From positions 372,001-436,000 of the forward strand of contig VRMN01000004.1 of the NCBI GenBank assembly GCA_008690995.1: 64,000 bases of DNA, read 5' to 3'. Numbering within the stretch: position 1 is the first letter of the stretch; each line of letters starts with the position of its first letter. The stretch is from Porphyridium purpureum (taxonomy: Eukaryota). Below, one piece after another: positions 32,501 through 42,228 of the stretch. The translations under genes were made by a program, and so were the position numbers. The notes below the pieces were generated by a model, which worked only from the letters and a program-made list of their open reading frames with translations, ran no database searches and was not told where the DNA came from.

Positions 32501-32766
32501 TTTTGATGTGTGACAATCAAGCTGTGATGCGAGCAATAGAGATGGGGTACTCGCCAAAGTTGCATCATATGGCGATAACCCGAGCAACAGATTTGGCCTG
32601 GTTGCATCAGGTGTGCGAAAAGCAGAAACTTGTGAAACTGGCATTTGTGAAGACGGACGAAAATGTGGCGGACTTAATGACCAAGGCCTTATTTCCGGAG
32701 GGCCACATTAAGTGCTGGGAGAAGTTACGCGTCCCTCAGACCGGAAGGAGGAGCGTGGAATTTTAG
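29554..32766 (+). CDS. pol: Pol polyprotein (copy 2); first ATG at 29602; frameshift signal 29554-29615
   Basis: Differs from copy 1 at three residues (V>M, D>G, G>M). Confidence 0.95.
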   Translation, partial: GKLRPREPRQEEISRGMEPPVMGVVEGVAHEGARSRLFYKHGKVSGSKIDFLIDSGASHNFLGSRFLDASVKSSCDECMVELAGGQRMKVHGPIVLAVDLGFWIGNVEFYIGPIRMDAILGWKWLKMVNPKIDWQKGLMETRPEGKEICTLENVEEVVPELDGKNQSVAASEHELTHMPMQRDCETCVVAKIKRRPARRLEKDVSALSFNDEVGIDLVEPGRNVKSVDGSKFILTHIDRATGWVTLAGLRAKTHTAVADAWKSVQAGRGWPKVLRTDDGNEFKGDVGRLVREHLIKHEVGIPYRPNSHAEQERFHHTLNQGIRANLVQAGLGKRWFMHAAQHFAFMTNRLHVGRKSGKTPFELRHGEKWSPRNLSLPFGCKVVYKDDQPDNKYAPRGKVGILVGVGEHPMAILVLPRDDWTSETPKVIRTQDFKAFTHEFPLKGIEREMVSLSQQEELPEVDEPSAVEAVQDLDRRIDALRAREAELEKEIEALKVRVVDEERAAGTGGPVTIPQLNLTTLLKTGAALASEQGRAAMEKEVKSMLKFGVWDESPLTLEEARRQPGARFVRTHFIFGLKFAEMPEEFRKVKCRLVAGGNRIWGSDGAATNDIFDYETPAGLSAIRMIIAVAAILGLQIVSFDISSAYLHADLSGPPTFAYLPREICDSKDTVVRLRKALYGLPRSGSGFSQDARRRLQKFQWKLVHGEKNVYVRRNAASSSVALLALYVDDGLLACREEERPGIIEELKQEFLIEKAPELLTEGGSLRFLGTSISLKNGSVSLANQEYQDVVIREFEQDIRRVLRAVKSPSEKLDGEEVLNYQVIWKTLKVREHVGRLMWLARTVRPDIAYAVGMIARYVDKWNVAAERLLVRVVQYLKTPREALEYHVLGNLKEGIRMVNILGYTDADFAGCPESRVSTSGRATYLVAGDYKYLVDWSSRKQRFVSSSTSESELAALEETVQLSLFPALSFLRSIRDGEFSVILMCDNQAVMRAIEMGYSPKLHHMAITRATDLAWLHQVCEKQKLVKLAFVKTDENVADLMTKALFPEGHIKCWEKLRVPQTGRRSVEF

Positions 32767-33550
32767 GGTTCCGCCCCGAGAGACGCCGTAGGGTTTTGAG
32801 TACAAAACCCTAGAAAGTTCTATGATGAAAGATTGTTCGAGAAGCGTGATGATCTCGGACCTGCGAAATGTTTGTCATTGTCGTTTTGTGTGGCCTTGTG
32901 CAAAGGTCAAAGGCCGGCCGAAGCTTCTGGATTCGTTCTTGACGCGCCCTCCCGGCCATTTTCCGGATACGTGGCCGGCTGTGGTTGCGAGTTGTGGAAC
33001 GAATCAAAACCTGTGGTGGAAATTCGTCCTGTTGGAGAAATTTGTTCTCCCGTCCTTGCTGGAAAGAGCAAGGACGAAGGGTATAAAAGGACGAAGGGGC
33101 AAGCTGGTTCCCAGGAATTTCCAGGTCAAGGTAGAAGAAGAGGTAAGGGCAAATAGAATAAAAAGAGAATTGGTTAGTTGGATTGAGGCAGTCGTTGGAA
33201 GACTTGGGTTGGATTTGCGGGAGAGGCACGCTAGCGTGTTGTGCGAGCGGATATCGGTCTGGAGTGTTTTTAAAAAGGCAGCTGGGGTTTAAACGTACCT
33301 TCCATCACCCTTCACTTGTCAAGACCGGTCCACTCCCTCTCGTAGTCCCCTATAAGTTGAATTTTCTGTCCTCTCTTCCTTTCTAGCCACTTTTCTCTGA
33401 TTGTCCTGCTTGTCCTTCCGTTCGTTTCGGTGTGTCGGTTCGTCGTCGGTTTGTCAGTTTCCGGGGTGTGGCGGTTTCCAGTTCCTGTTATCGGTGAAGC
33501 GGTCCGGTTTTGTTGATTCGGTTACAAAGCAGAAAGGGAGAAATTCCAAG
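32754..33550 (+). repeat. 3' LTR of copy 2
   Basis: Repeat of 27790-28586. Confidence 0.96.
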
Positions 33551-33978
33551 GTCAGCCATACAAGTACAGTATCTACACTGTACACAGATCCTCATTGACA
33601 GGCCAGGTTTGAAAGGGAAGGCAGAAAGGAAAAAGGTACAGCGCGTGTGAGGCTTGTCACGTGGAATAAGTAAATTTATCACGGCGCGAATCAGACCGTA
33701 CCTCCAAGGAAGGTACGATCAAACGGGTCGTTTTTGGAATGAGATCGATCGCAGATCCGTTGAAGGGGTTTGGATGAAACGGTGATGGTTGGATGGGTGG
33801 TGAGTTGTAGTGGCGGTGGTGGTGAGCGGTAAGTAGGAAGGAAGAGAGGGAATACTCGGTGTGCACGGCGGTGATTGGGAAGCGTGGATCGGTTGGGTGT
33901 AAGGAAGAGAGAAGTTGCGGAAGGAGCGGTTGTGCGGCGAGTTGGAGGCGGTCTGCGGCGGCGGCGGTGGTGGGTACG

Positions 33979-35118
33979 ATGGGTGACGCGCACGCGGCAG
34001 AGTTGAAGCCGTATTCGAGCGCCGACTCGCAGCAGGACGTGGCGCCACTGGAGGTCACGCACGTGCCCGAGGAGCAGCTGGTCGATGAAGTCGACGCGCT
34101 GAACACGCAGGGCCCGGCGGTCGCGGCAGAACAGGGGCCACTCGCGGATTCGGTCGTGTCGAACCCGAGCGAGACGGCGCCGCACAGGGATGAGGTCCCA
34201 GACGCGGTCGAGTCGCAGCCAGAACGTGAGCAGACGCTCGAGGAGCAGCCAGAGCCTGAGCAAGCGCTCGAGGAGCAGCCGGAACGCGAGCAAACGCTCG
34301 AGGAGCACGAGGCGACGAGCAAGCTCCTCGAGGCCCAGGTCGAGGAACTGGCGCGCGAAAAGTCGCTCAAAACGACGGGCTGCTTGTTCGTGCGAACGAC
34401 ATCCAAGACGCCCGAGGGAACAATCGTCAAAATCAAGAAAAGCAAGACGGGAAGCTACCTGCTCGAGGTTCGCCCAGCGGCTTCGCGCGGCTCTTTTGAA
34501 CTCGGCGTCACAGACGTGACCGAATTCAAAAAGCTGGACAAAATGTTTGTGTCGATGGATCTGGCCACGCTCGACTTGTTCTGCATACGCGACGCAGAGA
34601 TTTCGAAGGGGATGGAGGAGCGATCCAAGTCATCGAGCGGCGCCGGTGAAAAGAAAATGACCCGCAGTAAGAGTGGTAAGAGAGACCCTGATATTGTGTA
34701 CGAGTACTTTTACCCAGAGGCCCTGGCATACAGGAGGGCGGTTGATGCATCGAGCAGCGGGATCCGAATCCCGCCGATTGGGCTCCAGGTCATGTTGACA
34801 GGTGGCTTCAAGAACGGCAGCTCCTCTTTTATTGTCGAATGGGTCGAGGCGGACCAGGAAATTCGGCGCTTGAAAAACAAGAAGATGTTTGACTTTCTGC
34901 AGTTGGTTCCGAAAACGCCGGACTACCCTCCAAGCATTCGCATAAGGAAAGAGCGCGGCGAAGATGTATCAGAGGCAGCGCAGGGCGCAAAACAGCCGGT
35001 GGCGCGACCAACAAGGCCAGCTCAGCCGCCACAGGGGCGCCAGCCGGGCGCCACCAGTTCCAAGAATTCGTCTAGCGCCGCGCCGGCGCCAGCTGCCGCA
35101 GTGCAGCAAAAATCATAA
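33979..35118 (+). CDS. Hypothetical protein with acidic repetitive N-terminus
   Basis: Long ORF with host-like GC-rich codons; no family recognised. Confidence 0.7.
   Translation: MGDAHAAELKPYSSADSQQDVAPLEVTHVPEEQLVDEVDALNTQGPAVAAEQGPLADSVVSNPSETAPHRDEVPDAVESQPEREQTLEEQPEPEQALEEQPEREQTLEEHEATSKLLEAQVEELAREKSLKTTGCLFVRTTSKTPEGTIVKIKKSKTGSYLLEVRPAASRGSFELGVTDVTEFKKLDKMFVSMDLATLDLFCIRDAEISKGMEERSKSSSGAGEKKMTRSKSGKRDPDIVYEYFYPEALAYRRAVDASSSGIRIPPIGLQVMLTGGFKNGSSSFIVEWVEADQEIRRLKNKKMFDFLQLVPKTPDYPPSIRIRKERGEDVSEAAQGAKQPVARPTRPAQPPQGRQPGATSSKNSSSAAPAPAAAVQQKS
34215..34304 (+). repeat. Three 30-bp coding tandem repeats (QPE[R/P]EQ[T/A]LEE)
   Basis: gcagccagaacgtgagcagacgctcgagga and two variants. 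Confidence 0.85.
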
Positions 35119-35670
35119 GCGGCGCATGAAGTTGGACCGCTTTTCCGTAGCCTTGTCTTCTCATGCTCGCGCGATTTCGGCTCGCTCATGCTTGCGGAGT
35201 GGATAACGATATGATGATACGTGATCTCTGTGCTCGTCCATCGCATCGCCAGGTGGCCATGTCATGGCGATTTGGGCATGCAGTGCCTTTGAAATTACCT
35301 TCTTCGAGTGCACAGTCAAGTCCCTCTTTGGTTCGGGAGTGTAGCATCCCCTGTTGTTGTTGTTGTTGTTGCTGCTGTCGTTTCTCTGATTTATGTTACA
35401 TGAAACCTCTTGTACTCATTTGAATCTGGCTCGCACCGCGCCGCGGCTCCGCTCTCCCAAATCCGGCCTCGCCACTCGTTCTCGGAAAAATGAAAATCAG
35501 CTCGACGCGCACTGTACCTTTGATCACTAGAAGTACAGTTTGCGCGGGTGCGTAGTGTCTTGTTTCGCATGCGTTGACGCGGAAAGAGCGAGAGGAGGAG
35601 AGAAATCGCGACGGGTCTGCCCTCTGTCGCGGTTGAGAAGGCGGAGACGCGCGCGTCAAAGTGGCACGCG

Positions 35671-37989
35671 ATGGTCATAGTTACGTCGTCTTCGTCGTCG
35701 TCGCCTGCTGCTGGGCCTTGCGAGGAAGAATTGTCCGACATTGCCATGGCCAAGGCGGGCAGGGATGTGGTGGTCAGCAGATCGCCCCGCGCGATGTGCA
35801 GGGGCTCCGAGCTCGACTTGTACTTGCTTGGGCTGCACGACTCGGAAATTGAGGCCAGGATCGGCCGAATCGACGCGCTGAGTGATGCCGCGACAAAGGC
35901 GCAGAGTAGTGTGGCTGGCGACACATACACTGAGGCCGCGGCGTACGAAGAGCACTCGGAGCGCTCCGTGACGTTTCCGGAGAACCCCGAGGAGCACGCC
36001 GCGCGGCACTATCGTCCACCCCGGAAGACGCCACTGACCGTGTACCGTGAAGCCGGCTGCTGGGCAGCGGCAAAGTGGACACTGCTGAAGTTTCTGACGG
36101 ACAATTGGGGTATCTTGCTCTTCCTGTTGATCGCGACCGTGGGGCTTGTCTTGCTGGGAACTTTGTCGTTTGGTCCGCTCAGCTGGAAAGGCTGGTTTGC
36201 TATTGCTGTCACACTCATAATGCTGACGCTCTTGGTCAAGAACACGTTCCCGACACACATTGTGATGATGGGCGCCGTGACGGTTCTGCTCGCATTCACC
36301 ATCATTGAACCGTCCCAGGCATTAATCGGTTTTTCGAATGTGGGTGTTGCAACGGTGGCGGTACTATTTGCAGTTGCTGAAGGCATTCAGCGGACATCGC
36401 TTCTAAGGCCTTTGTTCCGCGTGGTGCTCGGAAAGGGCACGAGCTTGTTTTGGGTGCAAGTACGGCTGTTCACGACCATTGCGATAGTCTCTGCCTTTCT
36501 CAACAATACGCCGGTGGTCGCAATGCTTATTCCCATCATTGAGCAATGGTGCAGGAAGACGGGTACGTCTGCATCGAAAATTCTGATGCCCATGAACGAT
36601 GCGACAATCCTCGGAGGCACAGTCACCCTTTTGGGCACATCAACCAATCTCATCGTGGTGGGGCTTGCCGAAGAAGCGAATCTCATAGACCAAAACGGAC
36701 AGCCGCTGAGTTTCTCGATCTTTGGAATCAGCCCTGTTGGTGCGCCAGTTTGCGTGATCGGGATTATCTACTTGCTGATTGCATCCCGCTTCTTAAAAGA
36801 CAGGAAGACAGGCTTGGGCGAGTTGGTCAAGAATCCGCGCGAGTATACTGTGGCGCTCAAAGTCGAGCCCAAGTCGCCGATTATCGGTGAAACTGTTCAG
36901 GAGGCCGGTCTGCGCCAGCTCGAAGGGCTTTTTCTGGTCGAACTGACTCGAGAAGATGGTCAGAGCTTTCCTGCACCCGGTCCGGAACTGAGAATTGAGA
37001 GCGGCGACGTCATGCTTTTCGCTGGTGTGGTAGAGACCGTGACAGAGTTGTACTTGATCCCGGGGCTCGTGCCTGCCACTGCCGAGACGGAGAAGATCCA
37101 GGCTGAGAGGCACCGCCGCCGGCTCATCGAGGTGGTAATTTCGAGGTCAAGTCACATGGTAGGTATGACTGTCAAGGAGACACACTTCCGCACGAGGTAT
37201 CGCGCGGCCATCATTGCGATCCACCGACACGGCGAGCACGTTACAGAGAAGATCGGAAATATCGAACTACGGGCGGGCGACGTGCTGCTCGTCGAGTGCG
37301 GCGAAGAGTTTTTTGAGGAGAATAAGCATAACCATAACTTTGCGCTTATTTCCGAGGTGAACAATTCGCAGCCGCCGCGTTCTGACATTGTCCACATGGT
37401 CATCGCTGGCTCGCTCGCTGTGATGATGATTGCTATTTCGACAGCGGGTTTGCTGCCGCTTTTCACAACTGCACTGCTTGCCCTGTTTGGCATGGTCTTG
37501 TTTGGTTGCTGCACATTCAGTCAGGCCGGTGCCGCAGTATCGATCCCTGTGCTACTGGCGATTGCATGCTCATTCGCGGTTTCCGAAGGTCTCTCCGGGA
37601 CGGGAGCCGCAGAAGAATTTGCTGACTTCATTGTGTCGGTGTTTGACTTTAGCCAAGTGGGATTGCTTTTTGGCATCTACCTGGGCACGGCAATTCTTTC
37701 GGCGGTGATCACGAACAACGCGGCAGTCACCCTATTTTTCCCGATCATTGCTGACCCGCAGACGGGCATCATCTACACGCAGAATCTCAACCCATACGCT
37801 GCACTGTACACCATGATGCTTGCAGCCAGCAGCTCGTTCTCAACACCAATCGGCTACCAGACAAACTTGATGGTGCATGGACCTGGTGGATACTCGTTTT
37901 TGGATTGGGTTATCTTCGGGTTTCCGTTGCAGGTCATTTTGGCCGTGGTGAGCGTGATATTGTGCTACTACATCTTCCCTTCGGCTTAG
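35671..37989 (+). CDS. SLC13/DASS-family transporter with two TrkA-C domains (SLT-like Na+/sulfate cotransporter)
   Basis: SAFLNNTPVVA, LLGTSTNL, two TrkA-C repeats, ITNNAA, TPIGYQTNLMV.GPGGY.F.D; start uncertain. Confidence 0.9.
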   Translation: MVIVTSSSSSSPAAGPCEEELSDIAMAKAGRDVVVSRSPRAMCRGSELDLYLLGLHDSEIEARIGRIDALSDAATKAQSSVAGDTYTEAAAYEEHSERSVTFPENPEEHAARHYRPPRKTPLTVYREAGCWAAAKWTLLKFLTDNWGILLFLLIATVGLVLLGTLSFGPLSWKGWFAIAVTLIMLTLLVKNTFPTHIVMMGAVTVLLAFTIIEPSQALIGFSNVGVATVAVLFAVAEGIQRTSLLRPLFRVVLGKGTSLFWVQVRLFTTIAIVSAFLNNTPVVAMLIPIIEQWCRKTGTSASKILMPMNDATILGGTVTLLGTSTNLIVVGLAEEANLIDQNGQPLSFSIFGISPVGAPVCVIGIIYLLIASRFLKDRKTGLGELVKNPREYTVALKVEPKSPIIGETVQEAGLRQLEGLFLVELTREDGQSFPAPGPELRIESGDVMLFAGVVETVTELYLIPGLVPATAETEKIQAERHRRRLIEVVISRSSHMVGMTVKETHFRTRYRAAIIAIHRHGEHVTEKIGNIELRAGDVLLVECGEEFFEENKHNHNFALISEVNNSQPPRSDIVHMVIAGSLAVMMIAISTAGLLPLFTTALLALFGMVLFGCCTFSQAGAAVSIPVLLAIACSFAVSEGLSGTGAAEEFADFIVSVFDFSQVGLLFGIYLGTAILSAVITNNAAVTLFFPIIADPQTGIIYTQNLNPYAALYTMMLAASSSFSTPIGYQTNLMVHGPGGYSFLDWVIFGFPLQVILAVVSVILCYYIFPSA

Positions 37990-38275
37990 AGACACTTCTG
38001 CGGACATGAAAGTTTCTTCAGAGTTAGTTAGTTTCACATGCGCGTGAAAACTTGAGCTATAAATTCTCTACTAGGCTACCAAGTTACGCGGTACCAGCGT
38101 CTGACTTGGACTCTGCACGACCGGCCTGGGAAGACCTGCGGGCAGGATCTGACCTCTATGCGTCCAAGAGCGTTCTTTCTCCGCAGCGGTGGTCCGTACG
38201 CGGATCCCGCTTCACAACACATCATTCAGAAGGGAGAAGTGGGACATCAACTGTGTCCCACAAATACGCCAACTG

Positions 38276-39691
38276 TCAAAAGTCCTTCGGCAAGCAAGCC
38301 AGTACCTCATCCTCCGCGCATTTGCTCTCAATGTCTGGGACAATGCCCTTCTTGTTAATGTCCACGTGCGCAGGCGTTTCATACTTGGCGATGGTCACGG
38401 CCACTCCCGAGCCATCACTGAGGCCCGTCACAGTCTGCACGACACCTTTCCCGAATGTCTTCTCTCCTACAAGCAGCGCGCGCCGATTGTCTTTGAGCGC
38501 GCCACTCAGAATCTCGCTCGCGCTCGCGGTGGCCTTATTCACAAGCACCACTATGGGCTCGTCTGCTATCAGGGGCTCCTCGAGCACGTCGTACTCGTCC
38601 TGGATGCCGTTTTTGTTCACGACAAAAACAACTGGCTTATCCTTTGGCAGAAAGAGCCGCGCCACGTCGACTCCCGCAGGAAAGTAACCGCCTGGATTGT
38701 TGCGCAAATCAATGACATACTTCTTGGCACCTTTCGCGCGCAGCTTTTCCAGTGCCGCTCGGGCATCGTCTGGTGTGCTCGAGTTGAACTGCTTGATGCG
38801 CAGCACGCCAATGTTGCCCGGCAGCAGCTCAGACTTGACTGACACGATCTTGAGCGACTCGCGCACCAGGTCGTATCGCACCTCCTTGTCTGGGGTAGAG
38901 GCATGGATGACATACAACGACACGCGCGTGCCAGGGGTGCCTCGGATGCGCGCCGCAGCCTCGTCAGGAGTGAGATCCTCGGTACTTTCCCCGTCAATGA
39001 GCGTAATGACGTCCTGCGAGCGTATGCCCGCCTTGAACGCGGGCGAGCCGTCGATGGGGCTCAATACCACAAGCTTGTTGTCCACGAGCGCCGGGTACAT
39101 CTCTAATCCAACTCCGGCCAGTTCGCCCGTGGCTGATGACGTCAGTGAGTTAAACTGCGACGGATTCAAAAATCGAGTGTACGGATCGCCCAACGTCTTG
39201 AGCATTTCCGTGATGACGGCGTATGCGTCGTCCATGGACGCCAGCGGCTTCTTGATCTCTTTCATTCGGATCTTGAACCAGTCCTGGTTGTTGAACGTGC
39301 GGTCCACGTAGCCCTGATCCACCACGCGCCACGCCTCCGCGACCAACTTTTGCGGCTCCGAGAGCGCGAACGCGGCGCGTGGCCGGATCGCTGCGGCGCC
39401 ATCCCACGCCAATCCCGCCACATCATTTCCCCACACCAAAGCAGCCAATACCAGCGCAGCACAATACCGTCTCCATCCCTCTCGTACCTGATCCTCGCGC
39501 TGCTCCACGCGCTTCTCAGATTCACATGGCTTCACGGATTGTTCGCAGCACGCCACAGGCCGCACGCGCTTCCACGCTTTCACTCCTATGCACGCCGCAG
39601 CTGTACCGACGCTTACATACGTCGACGTTCTACCTCCATGACGATGACGACCGCCACCATCCACTCCACATCCCACGAATGCCACCTCCAT
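38276..39691 (-). CDS. ctpA: C-terminal processing peptidase S41 (D1-processing CtpA type), plastid/lumen targeted
   Basis: MLKTLGDPYTRF, PDZ, DLRNNPGG, TASASEILSGAL, TFGKGVVQ; bipartite presequence ending AFA. Confidence 0.92.
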   Translation of the reverse strand: MEVAFVGCGVDGGGRHRHGGRTSTYVSVGTAAACIGVKAWKRVRPVACCEQSVKPCESEKRVEQREDQVREGWRRYCAALVLAALVWGNDVAGLAWDGAAAIRPRAAFALSEPQKLVAEAWRVVDQGYVDRTFNNQDWFKIRMKEIKKPLASMDDAYAVITEMLKTLGDPYTRFLNPSQFNSLTSSATGELAGVGLEMYPALVDNKLVVLSPIDGSPAFKAGIRSQDVITLIDGESTEDLTPDEAAARIRGTPGTRVSLYVIHASTPDKEVRYDLVRESLKIVSVKSELLPGNIGVLRIKQFNSSTPDDARAALEKLRAKGAKKYVIDLRNNPGGYFPAGVDVARLFLPKDKPVVFVVNKNGIQDEYDVLEEPLIADEPIVVLVNKATASASEILSGALKDNRRALLVGEKTFGKGVVQTVTGLSDGSGVAVTIAKYETPAHVDINKKGIVPDIESKCAEDEVLACLPKDF

Positions 39692-40343
39692 CTTCCGCCT
39701 CCTCCTCCTCCTCCTCCTCCTCTCTATGCCCTACCTCGCACGTCCACATCTCCCACATTCCACCACGCGCGCCTGTCCTGCTCCGGACTAGGGTTCCCCC
39801 GGGACCATTCACTCCACTCCTCTCGTCCATCACCACTTCCCGCGCATGGACGCGCTCAACTGTGCAAGCGCGTCGCCGGCGTGGTCAGCGCTCCACTCCA
39901 CCCGCTGCGTGTGCTGCGGCAGACTACACCGCCGCAACCTGCGCAGACACTCACGCCGCGCGCCGCTCTCTCTTCCCCTCTCGCGCCCTCCCCGCGCGGC
40001 GCGCCTGCCCGCTCGGCACCTCGCGCGATACCCGCTGCTCCATTCCCCGGCCAACCGGTTTATCGGTTTATTGGCTCCACAGCTTACAGGTGGCACGCGG
40101 CGCGTGGGGGAAATGCCGCGTTCTTGTCAAAACGGTGTCAAAACCCGCACGCGCGCGCGAGCAGGCGCAGTTGAGTTGGAACCGATAACGATGCCGACGC
40201 TCAAGAGTCGTGCTGATGAGCTGCGGTGGTCACGCGGTTAACGTCGTGCACCGCGCGTTGTGTGTTGTTTTGGGGGAGGCGGGGGATGACGGGGCCGCGA
40301 ATGAGACAGAAGCGCTACGAGCAACGTGTTGAGACGAGCAGAT

Positions 40344-40367
40344 AGAGAGAGAGAGAGAGAGAGAGAG
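40344..40367. repeat. (AG)n microsatellite
   Basis: Run of AG dinucleotides upstream of SPX gene 1. Confidence 0.8.
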
Positions 40368-40631
40368 TGTGAGAGAGAGGGAGGGCGGGGAAGATAGTGG
40401 GGCGGGAAAGTATTCCACGGGCGGAAGGGCGTGTGTGTGCGTGGTAAGCTTGAGTTCGACGGAGGACGCACGACGCAGGGAATAAGGGGGGTTTGCGTGG
40501 TGCAAGGGGAGGGGAGAGCAGAGCGAGCGGGTTGAGGGGGAGAGTGAAGGCAAGGGAGTCGGTGGAGTAGGGAGTGTGGGGAAGAAGGGGAGGGATGCTT
40601 GCGTGGGTGACGGGTGAGAAGAGCCGGGAGA

Positions 40632-42113
40632 ATGAAGTTTGGGAAGAAGCTGCGGCGGCTTCAAAAGGAGGCCGCGCGACATGATGGCGATGAGTGGGCG
40701 TTTATTTCGTACAAGCGGCTCAAGAAGATTCTGCACCAGATGGCCGCGCGCGAGTTTGCGCCCTCGCTCCGCGTCGAGTTGCGCAAGGTGAATATGTTCT
40801 TTCTGGACAAGCAGCATGAGCTCGCACTGGCGTGCGCGCGCGCAGAACTTGAGCTGCAGTACGCGCTCAACAAGGCCAGGAAGGTGTCGTCAATGGATGT
40901 CAACGCGTTGAAGGGGTCGCTGATCGCGCTGCACGCCCAGTTTGTCCAGCTCGAGCTCTTCAGCACCATGAACTTTGCGGGCTTTCGCAAAATCCTGAAA
41001 AAATATGACAAGAAGCACGGAACCAAACTCAAGAAGCGCTGCCTGCGTCAGTTTAAGCTCGCGCCGTTTTTCGGAATCACATATGTTAACATGCTCGCAA
41101 AGGGAGTGCTCGAGCTTATTTCGCAGCTGGAGCGTTTCGGAAAGTTCAGACGTATCGAGAGCGCAAATCTGGGCGGTGCCATCGCCGCTCGTCACTCGGC
41201 CCACACGTCCAGACACGCGGACGTGATTGCGGCGTGGCCGTCAACTCACCGTGCGCCATCTAGTCGGGGATCCCTCACTGAATCCGAGGCCGGAATCCTG
41301 AGAGTGCGCGTAGGTCAGCGACGGACCCGTGAGCAGATGGAAAGCGAGGACGCCGAAAATGTGATGCCGCCGGCATCGTCTTCAGGCAGACATATGCCCG
41401 ACACGGACCAGGATTTGGACCGGGCGCGGCTGACCAAGATGCTGAAAGTTCTTGTTTCGTTGCCAAGTCTGCGTGCACTCGTCTCCGCTGCGACCGCGGC
41501 CTCGTCAATGGAGCTAGCTTCCTACACGTGTTCGCGCCTCGTGGACCTCGTGGACTCTGTTGAATTTGCAGCCTTCAGCTCGCGTGCGTGCCTAATGCAA
41601 GACCTGAGCCGTGTGAGTCTCCAAGCTCGTGTTGTGAGTGGCGTGTTGGAAAAGAAAGAGCAAACTGAGGCGATAGCACCGATATGGGGGTTGAATCATG
41701 ACACGACACACATTTCTATCCACTTTGTGTATCTTCCCGCGGGCATGCAGCTTGATATGATTTTGCGCGACGGCCAAGAACGAGGTTACATTGTGCAGCT
41801 GGTATGTGGGACCTGCAGGATGACACAATATCGCCAGGAAGGCTGTCTTGTACGTGGAGAGCTGGCGCTGCACGAACAGCGGATGTGCGCTCACGCACAT
41901 GGAGTATGGCCGGCGTGGAGTCTTGTTGGTCTAGCCCGTCATCACAAGATAGAGCCATTGACGAACTGCCTGCTGCTCTATGTCACGCTTGGTGGGCTTG
42001 TGCTCAAGCCTGCGGTTACGTTTGAGAATACAGGAGTGGCAACGGACACTGGAGCCACCCTGCACGCGCGCCGCGGCGCGGTGCAGCGTTTGATTCCACT
42101 GGACGATCTTTGA
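40632..42113 (+). CDS. SPX-domain protein 1 with C-terminal cupin-like domain
   Basis: MKFGK, FISYKRLKK, ELRKVNMFF, NFAGFRKILKKYDK. Confidence 0.88.
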   Translation: MKFGKKLRRLQKEAARHDGDEWAFISYKRLKKILHQMAAREFAPSLRVELRKVNMFFLDKQHELALACARAELELQYALNKARKVSSMDVNALKGSLIALHAQFVQLELFSTMNFAGFRKILKKYDKKHGTKLKKRCLRQFKLAPFFGITYVNMLAKGVLELISQLERFGKFRRIESANLGGAIAARHSAHTSRHADVIAAWPSTHRAPSSRGSLTESEAGILRVRVGQRRTREQMESEDAENVMPPASSSGRHMPDTDQDLDRARLTKMLKVLVSLPSLRALVSAATAASSMELASYTCSRLVDLVDSVEFAAFSSRACLMQDLSRVSLQARVVSGVLEKKEQTEAIAPIWGLNHDTTHISIHFVYLPAGMQLDMILRDGQERGYIVQLVCGTCRMTQYRQEGCLVRGELALHEQRMCAHAHGVWPAWSLVGLARHHKIEPLTNCLLLYVTLGGLVLKPAVTFENTGVATDTGATLHARRGAVQRLIPLDDL

Positions 42114-42228
42114 CCATTTTTGTTTGGCAAATGGTGAAGTGTTCCGCCTGACGATATGAGACCATTGCGAAACCGTATCACGGATACAGTACCAAAGAGG
42201 AGGAACTGAGGACTACAGACACTAAAGT

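Larger units (their letters stand above)
27790..33550 (+). mobile_element. Intact LTR retrotransposon copy 2 (5,761 bp), same family as copy 1
   Basis: LTRs 27790-28586 and 32754-33550; TSD GTCAG (27785-27789 and 33551-33555); PBS 28587-28604; PPT 32743-32753. Confidence 0.97.

Noticed and set aside
11288..33550. Composite transposon or assembly duplication
   Set aside because: Each copy has its own matching TSD, and copy-specific SNPs are shared by both LTRs of a copy, so they are independent insertions.
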